A program made the translations under genes and the position numbers. The notes beneath the pieces were generated by a model. That model did not search any database. It was not told the DNA's origin and saw only the letters and a program-made list of their open reading frames with translations. This document shows positions 15,001-30,000 of a stretch of 64,000 nt of DNA, piece by piece. How positions within the stretch are numbered: position 1 is the stretch's first letter; each line of letters starts with the position of its first letter. Source of the DNA: Auanema rhodensis (Eukaryota; Animalia; Nematoda); assembly GCA_964057225.1 (NCBI GenBank), contig OZ059898.1, positions 9,548,001 to 9,612,000 of the forward strand. The letters are read 5' to 3'.

Positions 15001-18000
15001 AACAGTAGAATAAAATTGAGAAAGCGACATAAACAGTTGAACGATTTGAAGACAATTGTAAGTTTTAGAAAAGAAATAAAGTTTAGCTCTCTCGGTTATT
15101 ATCTGATTGTCGGCTAAAGTATGGTAACAGTTTTTATTAAAAGTTTAAATGATTATGATTAAACAAAGAAAAAAGATTCAAAGAGAAACAATTCTTGTTT
15201 ATTTATTTGATTATAATACTTGAAATTTCAAAAACAGTAGGATAAAATAAGAAAGCGACAAAAACAGTTGAATGAATTGAAGACAATTGTAAGTTTTAGA
15301 AAATAATTAAAGTTTAGCTCTCTCTACTATTAACTGATTGTCGGCTAAATTATGGTAACAGTTTTTATTAAAAGTTTCCATGATTATGATTAAACAAAGA
15401 AAAATGATTCAAAGAGAAACAATTTTTGTTTATTTATTTGATTATAATACTTGAAATTTCAAAAACAGTAGAATAAAATGAGAAAGCGACAAAAACAGTT
15501 GAATGAATTGAAGACAATTGTAAGTTTTAGAAAATAATTAAAGTTTAGCTCTCTCTACTATTAACTGATTGTCGGCTAAATTATGGTAACAGATTTTATT
15601 AAAAGTTTCCATGATTATGATTAAACAAAGAAAAAAGAATCAAAGAGAAACACTTCTTGTTTACTTATTTGATTATAATACTTAAAATTCCGAAAACAGT
15701 AGAATAAAATGAAGAAAGCGACAAAAACTGTTGAACGATTCAAAGAAAATTGTAAGTATTAGAAAAGAATTAAAGTTTAGCTCTCTCGGTTATTATCTGA
15801 TTGTCGGCTAAACTATGGTAACAGTTTTTATTAAAAGTTTCCATGATTATGATTAAACAAAGAAAAAAGAATCAAAAGAATCACTTCTTGTTTATTTATT
15901 TGATTATAATACTTGAAATTCCAAAAACAATAGAATAAAATCAAGAAAGCGACAAAAACAGTTGAACGATTAGAAGACGATTGTAAGTTTTAGAAAATAA
16001 TAAAAGTTTAGCTCTCTCTACTATTAACTGATTGTCGGCTAAATTATGGTAACAGTTTTTATTAAAAGTTTCCATGATTATGATTAAACAAAGAAAAAAG
16101 AATCAAAAGAGTCACTTCTTGTTTATTTATTTGATTATAATACTTGAAATTCCAAAAACAGTAGAATAAAATTGAGAAAGCGACAAAAACTGTTGAACGA
16201 ATTAAAGAAAATTGTAAGTATTAGAAAAGAAATAAAGTTTAGCTCTCTCGGTTATTATCTGATTGTCGGCTAAACTATGGTAACAGTTTTTATTAAAAGT
16301 TTCCATGATTATGATTAAACAAAGAAAAAAGAATCAAAAGAATCACTTCTTAATTACTTATTTGAATATAATACTTGAAATTCCAAAAACAGTAGAATAA
16401 AATTGAGAAAGCGACATAAACAGTTGAACGATTTGAAGAGAATTGTAAGTTTTAGAAAATAATAAAAGTTTAGCTCTCTCTACTATTAACTGATTGTCGG
16501 CTAAATTATGGTAACAGTTTTTATTAAAAGTTTCCATGATTATGATTAAACAAAGAAAAAAGAATCAAAAGAGTCTCTTCTTGTTTATTTATTTGATTAT
16601 AATACTTGAAATTCCGAAAACAGTAGAATAAAATTGAGAAAGCGACAAAAACAGTTGAACGATTAGAAGACAATTGTAAGTATTAGAAAATAATTAAAGT
16701 TTAGCTCTCTCTACTATTAACTGGTTGTCGGCTAAAGTATGGTAACAGTTTTTATTAAAAGTTTCCATGATTATGATTAAACAAAGAAAAAAGAATCAAA
16801 AGAGTCACTTCTTGTTTATTTATTTGATTATAATACTTGAAATTCCGAAAACAGTAGAATAAAATTGAGAAAGCGACAAAAACAGTTGAACGATTAGAAG
16901 ACAATTGTAAGTTTTGGAAAACAATTAAAGTTTAGCTCTCTCTACTATTAACTGATTGTCGGCTAAATTATGGTAACAGTTTTTATTGAAAGTTTCCATG
17001 GTTATGATTAAACAAAGAAAAAAGAATCAAAAGAGTCACTTCTTGTTTAATTATTTGATTATAATACTTGAAATTTCAAAAACAGTAGAATAAAATGAGA
17101 AAGCGACAAAAACAGTTGAATGAATTGAAGACAATTGTAAGTTTTAGAAAATAATTAAAGTTTAGCTCTCTCTACTATTAACTGATTGTCGGCTAAATTA
17201 TGGTAACAGATTTTATTAAAAGTTTCCATGATTATGATTAAACAAAGAAAAAAGAATCAAAAGAGTCACTTCTTGTTTATTTATTTGATTATAATACTTG
17301 AAATTCCGAAAACAGTAGAATGAAATTGAGAAAGCGACATAAACAGTTGAACGATTTGAAGACAATTGTAAGTTTTAGAAAAGAAATAAAGTTTAGCTCT
17401 CTCGGTTATTATCTGATTGTCGGCTAAAGTATGGTAACAGTTTTTATTAAAAGTTTAAATGATTATGATTAAACAAAGAAAAAAGATTCAAAGAGAAACA
17501 ATTCTTGTTTATTTATTTGATTATAATACTTGAAATTTCAAAAACAGTAGAATAAAATGAGAAAGCGACAAAAACAGTTGAATGAATTGAAGACAATTGT
17601 AAGTTTTAGAAAATAATTGAAGTTTAGCTCTCTCTACTATTAACTGATTGTCGGCTAAATTATGGTAACAGATTTTATTAAAAGTTTCCATGATTATGAT
17701 TAAACAAAGAAAAAAAAATCAAAGAGAAACACTTCTTAATTACTTATTTGATTATAATACTTGAAATTCCGAAAACAGTAGAATAAAATGAAGAAAGCGA
17801 CAAAAACTGTTCAACGATTTAAAGAAAATTGTAAGTTTTAGAAAATAATTAAAGTTTAGCTCTCTCTACTATTAACTGATTGTCGGCTAAATTATGGTAA
17901 CAGTTTTTATTAAAAGTTTCCATGATTATGATTAAGCAAAGAAAAAAGAATCAAAAGAGTCACTTCTTGTTTACTTATTTGAATATAATACTTGAAATTT

Positions 18001-21000
18001 CAAAAACAGTAGAATAAAATGAGAAAGCGACAAAAACAGTTGAATGAATTGAAGACAATTGTAAGTTTTAGAAAATAATTGAAGTTTAGCTCTCTCTACT
18101 ATTAACTGATTGTCGGCTAAATTATGGTAACAGATTTTATTAAAAGTTTCCATGATTATGATTAAGCAAAGAAAAAAGAATCAAAAGAATCACTTCTTGT
18201 TTACTTATTTGATTATAATACTTGAAATTCCGAAAACAGTAGAATAAAATGAAGAAAGCGACAAAAACTGTTCAACGATTTAAAGAAAATTGTAAGTTTT
18301 AGAAAATAATTAAAGTTTAGCTCTCTCTACTATTAACTGATTGTCGGCTAAATTATGGTAACAGTTTTTATTAAAAGTTTCCATGATTATGATTAAGCAA
18401 AGAAAAAAGAATCAAAAGAGTCACTTCTTGTTTACTTATTTGAATATAATACTTGAAATTCCGAAAACAGTAGAATAAAATTGAGAAAGCGACATAAACA
18501 GTTGAACGATTTGAAGAGAATTGTAAGTTTTAGAAAATAATTAAAGTTTAGCTCTCTCTACTATTAACTGATTGTCGGCTAAATTATGGTAACAGATTTT
18601 ATTAAAAGTTTCCATGATTATGATTAAGCAAAGAAAAAAGAATCAAAAGAGTCACTTCTTGTTTACTTATATGAATATAATACTTGAAATTCCAAAAACA
18701 GTAGAATAAAATTGAGAAAGCGACAAAAACTGTTGAACGATTTAAAGAAAATTGTAAGTATTAGAAAAGAATTAAAGTTTAGCTCTCTCTACTATTAACT
18801 GATTGTCGGCTAAATTATGGTAACAGATTTTATTAAAAGTTTCCATGATTATGATTAAGCAAAGAAAAAAGAATCAAAAGAGTCACTTCTTGTTTACTTA
18901 TTTGAATATAATTCTTGAAATTCCAAAAACAGTAGAATAAAAATGAGAAAGCGACAAAAACAGTTCAATGACTTGAAGACAATTGTAAGTTTTAGAAAAT
19001 AATTAAAGTTTAGCTCTCTCTACTATTAACTGATTGTCGGCTAAATTATGGTAACAGTTTTTATTGAAAGTTTCCATGATTATGAGTAAACAAAGAAAAA
19101 AGAATCAAAGAGAAACACTTCTTGTTTACTTATTTGATTATAATACTTGAAATTCCAAAAACAGTAGAATAAAATTGAGAAAGCGACAAAAACTGTTGAA
19201 CGATTTAAAGAAAATTGTAAGTATTAGAAAAGAAATAAAGTTTAGCTCTCTCGGTTATTATCTGATTGTCGGCTAAACTATGGTAACAGTTTTTATTAAA
19301 AGTTTCCATGATTATGATTAAACAAAGAAAAAAGAATCAAAAGAATCACTTCTTAATTACTTATTTGAATATAATACTTGAAATTCCAAAAACAGTAGAA
19401 TAAAATGAAGAAAGCGACAAAAACAGTTGAATGAATTGAAGACAATTGTAAGTTTTAGAAAATAATTAAAGTTTAGCTCTCTCTACTATTAACTGATTGT
19501 CGGCTAAATTATGGTAACAGATTTTATTAAAAGTTTCCATGATTATGATTAAACCAAGAAAAAAGAATCAAAAGAGTCACTTCTTGTTTATTTATTTGAT
19601 TATAATACTTGAAATTCCAAAAACAGTAGAATAAAATTGAGAAAGCGACAAAAACTGTTGAACGATTTAAAGAAAATTGTAAGTATTAGAAAAGAAATAA
19701 AGTTTAGCTCTCTCGGTTATTATCTGATTGTCGGCTAAACTATGGTAACAGTTTTTATTAAAAGTTTCCATGATTATGATTAAACAAAGAAAAAAGAATC
19801 AAAAGAATCACTTCTTAATTACTTATTTGAATATAATACTTGAAATTCCAAAAACAGTAGAATAAAATTGAGAAAGCGACATAAACAGTTGAACGATTTG
19901 AAGAGAATTGTAAGTTTTAGAAAATAATTAAAGTTTAGCTCTCTCTACTATTAACTGATTGTCGGCTAAATTATGGTAACAGTTTTTATTAAAAGTTTCC
20001 ATGATTATGATTAAACAAAGAAAAAAGAATCAAAGAGAAACAATTCTTGTTTATTTATTTGATTATAATACTTGAAATTTCAAAAACAGTAGAATAAAAT
20101 GAGAAAGCGACAAAAACAGTTGAATGAATTGAAGACAATTGTAAGTTTTAGAAAATAATTAAAGTTTAGCTCTCTCTACTATTAACTGATTGTCGGCTGA
20201 ATTATGGTAACATTTTCTATTAAAAGTTTCCATGATTATGATTAAACAAAGAAAAAAGATTCAAAGAGAAACAATTCTTGTTTATTTATTTGATTATAAT
20301 ACTTGAAATTTCAAAAACAGTTGAATGAATTGAAAACAATTGTAAGTTTTAGAAAATAATTAAAGTTTAGCTCTCCCTACTATTAACTGATTGTCGGCTA
20401 AATTATGGTAACAGATTTTATTAAATGTTTCCATGATTATGATTAAACAAAGAAAAAAGAATCAAAGAGAAACACTTCTTGTTTACTTATTTGATTATAA
20501 TACTTGAAATTCCGAAAACAGTAGAATAAAATGAAGAAAGCGACAAAAACTGTTGAACGATTTAAAGAAAATTGTAAGTATTAGAAAAGAATTAAAGTTT
20601 AGCTCTCTCGGTTATTATCTGATTGTCGGCTAAACTATGGTAACAGTTTTTATTAAAAGTTTCCATGATTATGATTAAACAAAGAAAAAAGAATCAAAAG
20701 AATCACTTCTTAATTACTTATTTGAATATAATACTTGAAATTCCAAAAACAGTAGAATAAAATGAAGAAAGCGACAAAAACAGTTGAATGAATTGAAGAC
20801 AATTGTAAGTTTTAGAAAATAATTAAAGTTTAGCTCTCTCTACTATTAACTGATTGTCGGCTAAATTATGGTAACAGATTTTATTAAAAGTTTCCATGAT
20901 TATGATTAAACAAAGAAAAAAGAATCAAAAGAATCACTTCTTAATTACTTATTTGAATATAATACTTGAAATTCCAAAAACAGTAGAATAAAATTGAGAA

Positions 21001-24000
21001 AGCGACATAAACAGTTGAACGATTTGAAGAGAATTGTAAGTTTTAGAAAATAATTAAAGTTTAGCTCTCTCTACTATTAACTGGTTGTCGGCTAAAGTAT
21101 GGTAACAGTTTTTATTAAAAGTTTCCATGATTATGATTAAACAAAGAAAAAAGAATCAAAGAGAAACAATTCTTGTTTATTTATTTGATTATAATACTTG
21201 AAATTTCAAAAACAGTAGAATAAAATGAGAAAGCGACAAAAACAGTTGAATGAATTGAAGACAATTGTAAGTTTTAGAAAATAATTAAAGTTTAGCTCTC
21301 TCTACTATTAACTGATTGTCGGCTAAATTATGGTAACAGTTTTTATTAAAAGTTTCCATGATTATGATTAAACAAAGAAAAAAGATTCAAAGAGAAACAA
21401 TTCTTGTTTATTTATTTGATTATAATACTTGAAATTTCAAAAACAGTAGAATAAAATGAGAAAGCGACAAAAACAGTTGAATGAATTGAAGACAATTGTA
21501 AGTTTTAGAAAATAATTAAAGTTTAGCTCTCTCTACTATTAACTGATTGTCGGCTAAATTATGGTAACAGATTTTATTAAATGTTTCCATGATTATGATT
21601 AAACAAAGAAAAAAGAATCAAAGAGAAACACTTCTTGTTTACTTATTTGATTATAATACTTGAAATTCCGAAAACAGTAGAATAAAATGAAGAAAGCGAC
21701 AAAAACTGTTGAACGATTTAAAGAAAATTGTAAGTATTAGAAAAGAATTAAAGTTTAGCTCTCTCGGTTATTATCTGATTGTCGGCTAAACTATGGTAAC
21801 AGTTTTTATTAAAAGTTTCCATGATTATGATTAAACAAACAAAAAAGAATCAAAAGAATCACTTCTTAATTACTTATTTGAATATAATACTTGAAATTCC
21901 AAAAACAGTAGAATAAAATTGAGAAAGCGACAAAAACTGTTGAACGATTTAAAGAAAATTGTAAGTATTAGAAAAGAAATAAAGTTTAGCTCTCTCGGTT
22001 ATTATCTGATTGTCGGCTAAACTATGGTAACAGTTTTTATTAAAAGTTTCCATGATTATGATTAAACAAAGAAAAAAGAATCAAAAGAATTACTTCTTAA
22101 TTACTTATTTGAATATAATACTTGAAATTCCAAAAACAGTAGAATAAAATGAAGAAAGCGACAAAAACAGTTGAATGAATTGAAGACAATTGTAAGTTTT
22201 AGAAAATAATTAAAGTTTAGCTCTCTCTACTATTAACTGATTGTCGGCTAAATTATGGTAACAGATTTTATTAAAAGTTTCCATGATTATGATTAAACAA
22301 AGAAAAAAGAATCAAAAGAGTCACTTCTTGTTTATTTATTTGATTATAATATTTGAAATTCCAAAAACAGTAGAATAAAATTGAGAAAGCGACAAAAACT
22401 GTTGAACGATTTAAAGAAAATTGTAAGTATTAGAAAAAAAATAAAGTTTAGCTCTCTCGGTTATTATCTGATTGTCGGCTAAACTATGGTAACAGTTTTT
22501 ATTAAAAGTTTCCATGATTATGATTAAACAAAGAAAAAAGAATCAAAAGAATCACTTCTTAATTACTTGTTTGAATATAATACTTGAAATTCCAAAAACA
22601 GTAGAATAAAATTGAGAAAGCGACATAAACAGTTGAACGATTTGAAGAGAATTGTAAGTTTTAGAAAATAATTAAAGTTTAGCTCTCTCTACTATTAACT
22701 GGTTGTCGGCTAAAGTATGGTAACAGTTTTTATTAAAAGTTTCCATGATTATGATTAAACAAAGAAAAAAGAATCAAAGAGAAACAATTCTTGTTTATTT
22801 ATTTGATTATAATACTTGAAATTTCAAAAACAGTAGAATAAAAATGAGAAAGCGACAAAAACAGTTCAATGACTTGAAGACAATTGTAAGTTTTAGAAAA
22901 TAACTAAAGTTTATCTCTCTCTACTATTAACTGATTGTCGGCTAAATTATGGTAACAGTTTTTATTGAAAGTTTCCATCATTATGATTAAACAAAGAAAA
23001 AAGAATCAAAGAGAAACACTTCTTGTTTACTTATTTGATTATAATACTTGAAATTCCGAGAACAGTAGAATAAAATGAAGAAAGCGACAAAAACTGTTCA
23101 ACGATTTAAAGAAAATTGTAAGTATTAGAAAAGAAATAAAGTTTAGCTCTCTCGGTTATTATCTGATTGTCGGCTAAACTATGGTAACAGTTTTTATTAA
23201 AAGTTTCCATGATTATGATTAAACAAAGAAAAAAGAATCAAAAGAATCACTTCTTGTTTACTTATTTGAATATAATACTTGAAATTTCAAAAACAGTAGA
23301 ATAAAAATGAGAAAGCGACAAAAACAGTTGAACGATTTGAAGAGAATTGTAAGTTTTAGAAAATAATTAAAGTTTAGCTCTCTCTACTATTAACTGATTG
23401 TCGGCTGAATTATGGTAACAGTTTTTATTGAAAGTTTCCTTGATTATGATTGAACAAAGGAAAAAGAATCAAAGAGAAACACTTCTTGTTTACTTATTTG
23501 AATATAATACTTGAAATTTCAAAAACAGTAGAATAAAAATGAGAAAGCGACAAAAACAGTTCAATGACTTGAAGACAATTGTAAGTTTTAGAAAATAATT
23601 AAAGTTTAGCTCTCTCTACTATTAACTGATTGTCGGCTGAATTATGGTAACAGTTTTTATTAAAAGTTTCCTTGATTATGATTGAACAAAGAAAAAAGAA
23701 TCAAAGAGAAACACTTCTTGTTTACTTATTTGAATATAATACTTGAAATTTCAAAAACAGTAGAATGAAAATGAGAAAGCGACAAAAACAGTTCAATGAC
23801 TTGAAGACAATTGTAAGTTTTAGAAAATAACTAAAGTTTAGCTCTCTCTACTATTAACTGATTGTCGGCTAAATTATGGTAACAGTTTTTATTGAAAGTT
23901 TCCATCATTATGATTAAACAAAGAAAAAAGAATCAAAGAGAAACACTTCTTGTTTACTTATTTGATTATAATACTTGAAATTCCGAGAACAGTAGAATAA

Positions 24001-27000
24001 AATGAAGAAAGCGACAAAAACTGTTCAACGATTTAAAGAAAATTGTAAGTATTAGAAAAGAAATAAAGTTTAGCTCTCTCGGTTATTATCTGATTGTCGG
24101 CTAAACTATGGTAACAGTTTTTATTAAAAGTTTCCATGATTATGATTAAACAAAGAAAAAAGAATCAAAAGAATCACTTCTTGTTTACTTATTTGAATAT
24201 AATACTTGAAATTTCAAAAACAGTAGAATAAAAATGAGAAAGCGACAAAAACAGTTCAATGACTTGAAGACAATTGTAAGTTTTAGAAAATAATTAAAGT
24301 TTAGCTCTCTCTACTATTAACTGATTGTCGGCTGAATTATGGTAACAGTTTTTATTGAAAGTTTCCTTGATTATGATTGAACAAAGAAAAAAGAATCAAA
24401 GAGAAACACTTCTTGTTTACTTATTTGATTATAATACTTGAAATTCCGAAAACAGTAGAATAAATAGAAGAAAGCGACAAAAACTGTTGAACGATTTAAA
24501 GAAAATTGTAAGTATTACAAAAGAATTAAAGTTTAGCTTTCTCTGTTGATATCTGATTGTCGGCTAAAGTATGGTAACAGTTTTTATTAAAAGTTTCCAT
24601 GATTTTGATTAAACAAAGAAAAAAGAATCAAAAGAATCACTTCTTGTTTACTTATTTGAATATAATACTTGAAATTCCAAAAACAGTAGAATAAAATTGA
24701 GAAAGCGACATAAACAGTTGAACGATTTGAAGAGAATTGTAAGTTTTAGAAAATAATTAAAGTTTAGCTCTCTCTACTATTAACTGATTGTCGGCTGAAT
24801 TATGGTAACAGATTTTATTAAAAGTTTCCATGATTATGATTAAACAAAGAAAAAAGAATCAAAAGAGTCACTTCTTGTTTATTTATTTGATTATAATACT
24901 TGAAATTCCAAAAACAGTAGAATAAAATTGAGAAAGCGACAAAAACTGTTGAACGATTTAAAGAAAATTGTAAGTATTAGAAAAGAAATAAAGTTTAGCT
25001 CTCTCGGTTATTATCTGATTGTCGGCTAAACTATGGTAACAGTTTTTATTAAAAGTTTCCATGATTATGATTAAACAAAGAAAAAAGAATCAAAAGAATC
25101 ACTTCTTAATTACTTATTTCAATATAATACTTGAAATTCCAAAAACAGTAGAATAAAATTGAGAAAGCGACATAAACAGTTCAATGACTTGAAGACAATT
25201 GTAAGTTTTAGAAAATAACTAAAGTTTAGCTCTCTCTACTATTAACTGATTGTCGGCTAAATTATGGTAACAGTTTTTATTGAAAGTTTCCATCATTATG
25301 ATTAAACAAAGAAAAAAGAATCAAAGAGAAACACTTCTTGTTTACTTATTTGATTATAATACTTGAAATTCCGAAAACAGTAGAATAAAATGAAGAAAGC
25401 GACAAAAACTGTTCAACGATTTAAAGAAAATTGTAAGTATTAGAAAAGAAATAAAGTTTAGCTCTCTCGGTTATTATCTGATTGTCGGCTAAACTTTGGT
25501 AACAGTTTTTATTAAAAGTTTCCATGATTATGATTAAACAAAGAAAAAAGAATCAAAAGAATCACTTCTTGTTTACTTATTTGAATATGATACTTGAAAT
25601 TTCAAAAACAGTAGAATAAAAATGAGAAAGCGACAAAAACAGTTGAACGATTTGAAGAGAATTGTAAGTTTTAGAAAATAATTAAAGTTTAGCTCTCTCT
25701 ACTATTAACTGATTGTCGGCTAAATTATGGTAACAGTTTTTATTGAAAGTTTCCATCATTATGATTAAACAAAGAAAAAAGAATCAAAGAGAAACACTTC
25801 TTGTTTACTTATTTGATTATAATACTTGAAATTCCGAAAACAGTAGAATAAAATGAAGAAAGCGACAAAAACTGTTCAACGATTTAAAGAAAATTGTAAG
25901 TATTAGAAAAGAAATAAAGTTTAGCTCTCTCGGTTATTATCTGATTGTCGGCTAAACTTTGGTAACAGTTTTTATTAAAAGTTTCCATGATTATGATTAA
26001 ACAAAGAAAAAAGAATCAAAAGAATCACTTCTTGTTTACTTATTTGAATATGATACTTGAAATTTCAAAAACAGTAGAATAAAAATGAGAAAGCGACAAA
26101 AACAGTTGAACGATTTGAAGAGAATTGTAAGTTTTAGAAAATAATTAAAGTTTAGCTCTCTCTACTATTAACTGATTGTCGGCTAAATTATGGTAACAGT
26201 TTTTATTGAAAGTTTCCATGATTATGATTAAACAAAGAAAAAAGAATCAAAGAGAAACACTTCTTGTTTACTTATTTGATTATAATACTTGAAATTCCGA
26301 AAACAGTAGAATAAAATGAAGAAAGCGACAAAAACTGTTGAACGATTTAAAGAAAATTGTAAGTATTACAAAAGAATTAAAGTTTAGCTTTCTCTGTTGA
26401 TATCTGATTGTCGGCTAAAGTATGGTAACAGTTTTTATTAAAAGTTTCCATGATTTTGATTAAACAAAGAAAAAAGAATCAAAAGAATAACTTCTTGTTT
26501 ACTTATTTGAATATAATACTTGAAATTCCAAAAACAGTAGAATAAAATTGAGAAAGCGACATAAACAGTTGAACGATTTGAAGAGAATTGTAAGTTTTAG
26601 AAAATAATTAAAGTTTAGCTCTCTCTGTTGATATCTGATTGTCGGCTACAGTATGGTAACAGTTTTTATTAAAAGTTTCCATGATTATGATTGAACAAAG
26701 AAAAAAGAATCAAAAGAGTCACTTCTTGTTTATTTATTTGATTATAATACTTGAAATTTTGAAAACAGTAGAATAAAATTGAGAAAGCGACAAAAACTGT
26801 TGAACGATTTAAAGAAAATTGTAAGTATTAGAAAAGAAATAAAGTTTAGCTCTCTCGGTTATTATCTGATTGTCGACTAAAATATGGTAACAGTTTTCAT
26901 TAAAAGTTTCCATGATTATGATTAAACTAAGAAAAAAGAATCAAAGAGAAACACTTCTTGTTTACTTATTTGATTATAATACTTGAAATTTCGAAAACAG

Positions 27001-30000
27001 TAGAATAAAATTGAGAAAGCGACATAAACAGTTGAACGATTTGAAGACAATTGTAAGTTTTAGAAAAGAAATAAAGTTTAGCTCTCTCGGTTATTATCTG
27101 ATTGTCGGCTAAAGTATGGTAACAGTTAGATTCAAAGAGAAACAATTCTTGTTTATTTATTTGATTATAATACTTGAAATTTCAAAAACAGTAGAATAAA
27201 ATTGAGAAAGCGACAAAAACTGTTGAACGATTTGAAGAAAATTGTAAGTATTAGAAAAGAATTAAAGTTTAGCTTTCTCTTTTGATATCTGATTGTCGGC
27301 TAAAGTATGGTAACAGTTTTTATTAAAAGTTTCCATGATTATGATTAAACAAAGAAAAAAGAATCAAAAGAATCACTTCTTGTTTACTTATTTGAATATA
27401 ATACTTGAAATTCCAAAAACAGTAGAATAAAATTGAGAAAGCGACATAAACAGTTGAACGATTTGAAGAGAATTGTAAGTTTTAGAAAATAATTAAAGTT
27501 TAGCTCTCTCTACTATTAACTGGTTGTCGGCTAAAGTATGGTAACAGTTTTTATTAAAAGTTTCCATGATTATGATTAAACAAAGAAAAAAGAATCAAAG
27601 AGAAACAATTCTTGTTTATTTATTTGATTATAATACTTGAAATTTCAAAAACAGTAGAATAAAAATGAGAAAGCGACAAAAACAGTTCAATGACTTGAAG
27701 ACAATTGTAAGTTTTAGAAAATAACTAAAGTTTAGCTCTCTCTACTATTAACTGATTGTCGGCTAAATTATGGTAACAGTTTTTATTGAAAGTTTCCATC
27801 ATTATGATTAAACAAAGAAAAAAGAATCAAAGAGAAACACTTCTTGTTTACTTATTTGATTATAATACTTGAAATTCCGAAAACAGTAGAATAAAATGAA
27901 GAAAGCGACAAAAACTGTTCAACGATTTAAAGAAAATTGTAAGTATTAGAAAAGAAATAAAGTTTAGCTCTCTCGGTTATTATCTGATTGTCGGCTAAAC
28001 TTTGGTAACAGTTTTTATTAAAAGTTTCCATGATTATGAATAAACAAAGAAAAAAGAATCAAAAGAATCACTTCTTGTTTACTTATTTGAATATGATACT
28101 TGAAATTTCAAAAACAGTAGAATAAAAATGAGAAAGCGACAAAAACAGTTGAATGATTTGAAGACAATTGTAAGTTTTAGAAAATAATTAAAGTTTAGCT
28201 CTCTCTACTATTAACTGATTGTCGGCTAAATTATGGTAACAGTTTTTATTGAAAGTTTCCATGATTATGATTAAACAAAGAAAAAAGAATCAAAGAGAAA
28301 CACTTCTTGTTTACTTATTTGATTATAATACTTGAAATTCCGAAAACAGTAGAATAAAATGAAGAAAGCGACAAAAACTGTTGAACGATTTAAAGAAAAT
28401 TGTAAGTATTACAAAAGAATTAAAGTTTAGCTTTCTCTGTTGATATCTGATTGTCGGCTAAAGTATGGTAACAGTTTTTATTAAAAGTTTCCATGATTTT
28501 GATTAAACAAAGAAAAAAGAATCAAAAGAATCACTTCTTGTTTACTTATTTGAATATAATACTTGAAATTCCAAAAACAGTAGAATAAAATTGAGAAAGC
28601 GACATAAACAGTTGAACGATTTGAAGAGAATTGTAAGTTTTAGAAAATAATTAAAGTTTAGCTCTCTCTGTTGATATCTGATTGTCGGCTACAGTATGGT
28701 AACAGTTTTTATTAAAAGTTTCCATGATTATGATTGAACAAAGAAAAAAGAATCAAAAGAGTCACTTCTTGTTTATTTATTTGATTATAATACTTGAAAT
28801 TTCGAAAACAGTAGAATAAAATTGAGAAAGCGACAAAAACTGTTGAACGATTTAAAGAAAATTGTAAGTATTAGAAAAGAAATAAAGTTTAGCTCTCTCG
28901 GTTATTATCTGATTGTCGACTAAAATATGGTAACAGTTTTCATTAAAAGTTTCCATGATTATGATTAAACAAAGAAAAAAGAATCAAAGAGAAACACTTC
29001 TTGTTTACTTATTTGATTATAATACTTGAAATTTCGAAAACAGTAGAATAAAATTGAGAAAGCGACATAAACAGTTGAACGATTTGAAGACAATTGTAAG
29101 TTTTAGAAAAGAAATAAAGTTTAGCTCTCTCGGTTATTATCTGATTGTCGGCTAAAGTATGGTAACAGTTAGATTCAAAGAGAAACAATTCTTGTTTATT
29201 TATTTGATTATAATACTTGAAATTTCAAAAACAGTAGAATAAAATTGAGAAAGCGACAAAAACTGTTGAACGATTTGAAGAAAATTGTAAGTATTAGAAA
29301 AGAATTAAAGTTTAGCTTTCTCTTTTGATATCTGATTGTCGGCTAAAGTATGGTAACAGTTTTTATTAAAAGTTTCCATGATTATGATTAAACAAAGAAA
29401 AAAGAATCAAAAGAATCACTTCTTGTTTACTTATTTGAATATAATACTTGAAATTTCAAAAACAGTAGAATAAAATGAGAAAGCGACATAAACAGTTGAA
29501 CGATTTGAAGAGAATTGTAAGTTTTAGAAAATAATTAAAGTTTAGCTCTCTCTACTATTAACTGATTGTCGGCTAAAGTATGGTAACAGTTTTTATTAAA
29601 AGTTTCCATGATTATGATTAAACAAAGAAAAAAGAATCAAAGAGAAACAATTCTTGTTTATTTATTTGATTATAATACTCGAAATTTCAAAAACAGTAGA
29701 ATAAAATGAGAAAGCGACAAAAACAGTTGAACGATTTGAAGACAATTGTAAGTTTTAGAAAAGAAATAAAGTTTAGCTCTCTCGGTTATTATCTGATTGT
29801 CGGCTAAACTATGGTAACAGTTTTTATTAAACGTTTCCATGATTATGATTAAACAAAGAAAAAAGAATCAAAAGAATCACTTCTTGTTTACTTATTTGAA
29901 TATAATACTTGAAATTCCAAAAACAGTAGAATAAAATTGAGAAAGCGACATAAACAGTTGAACGATTTGAAGACAATTGTAAGTTTTAGAAAAGAAATAA

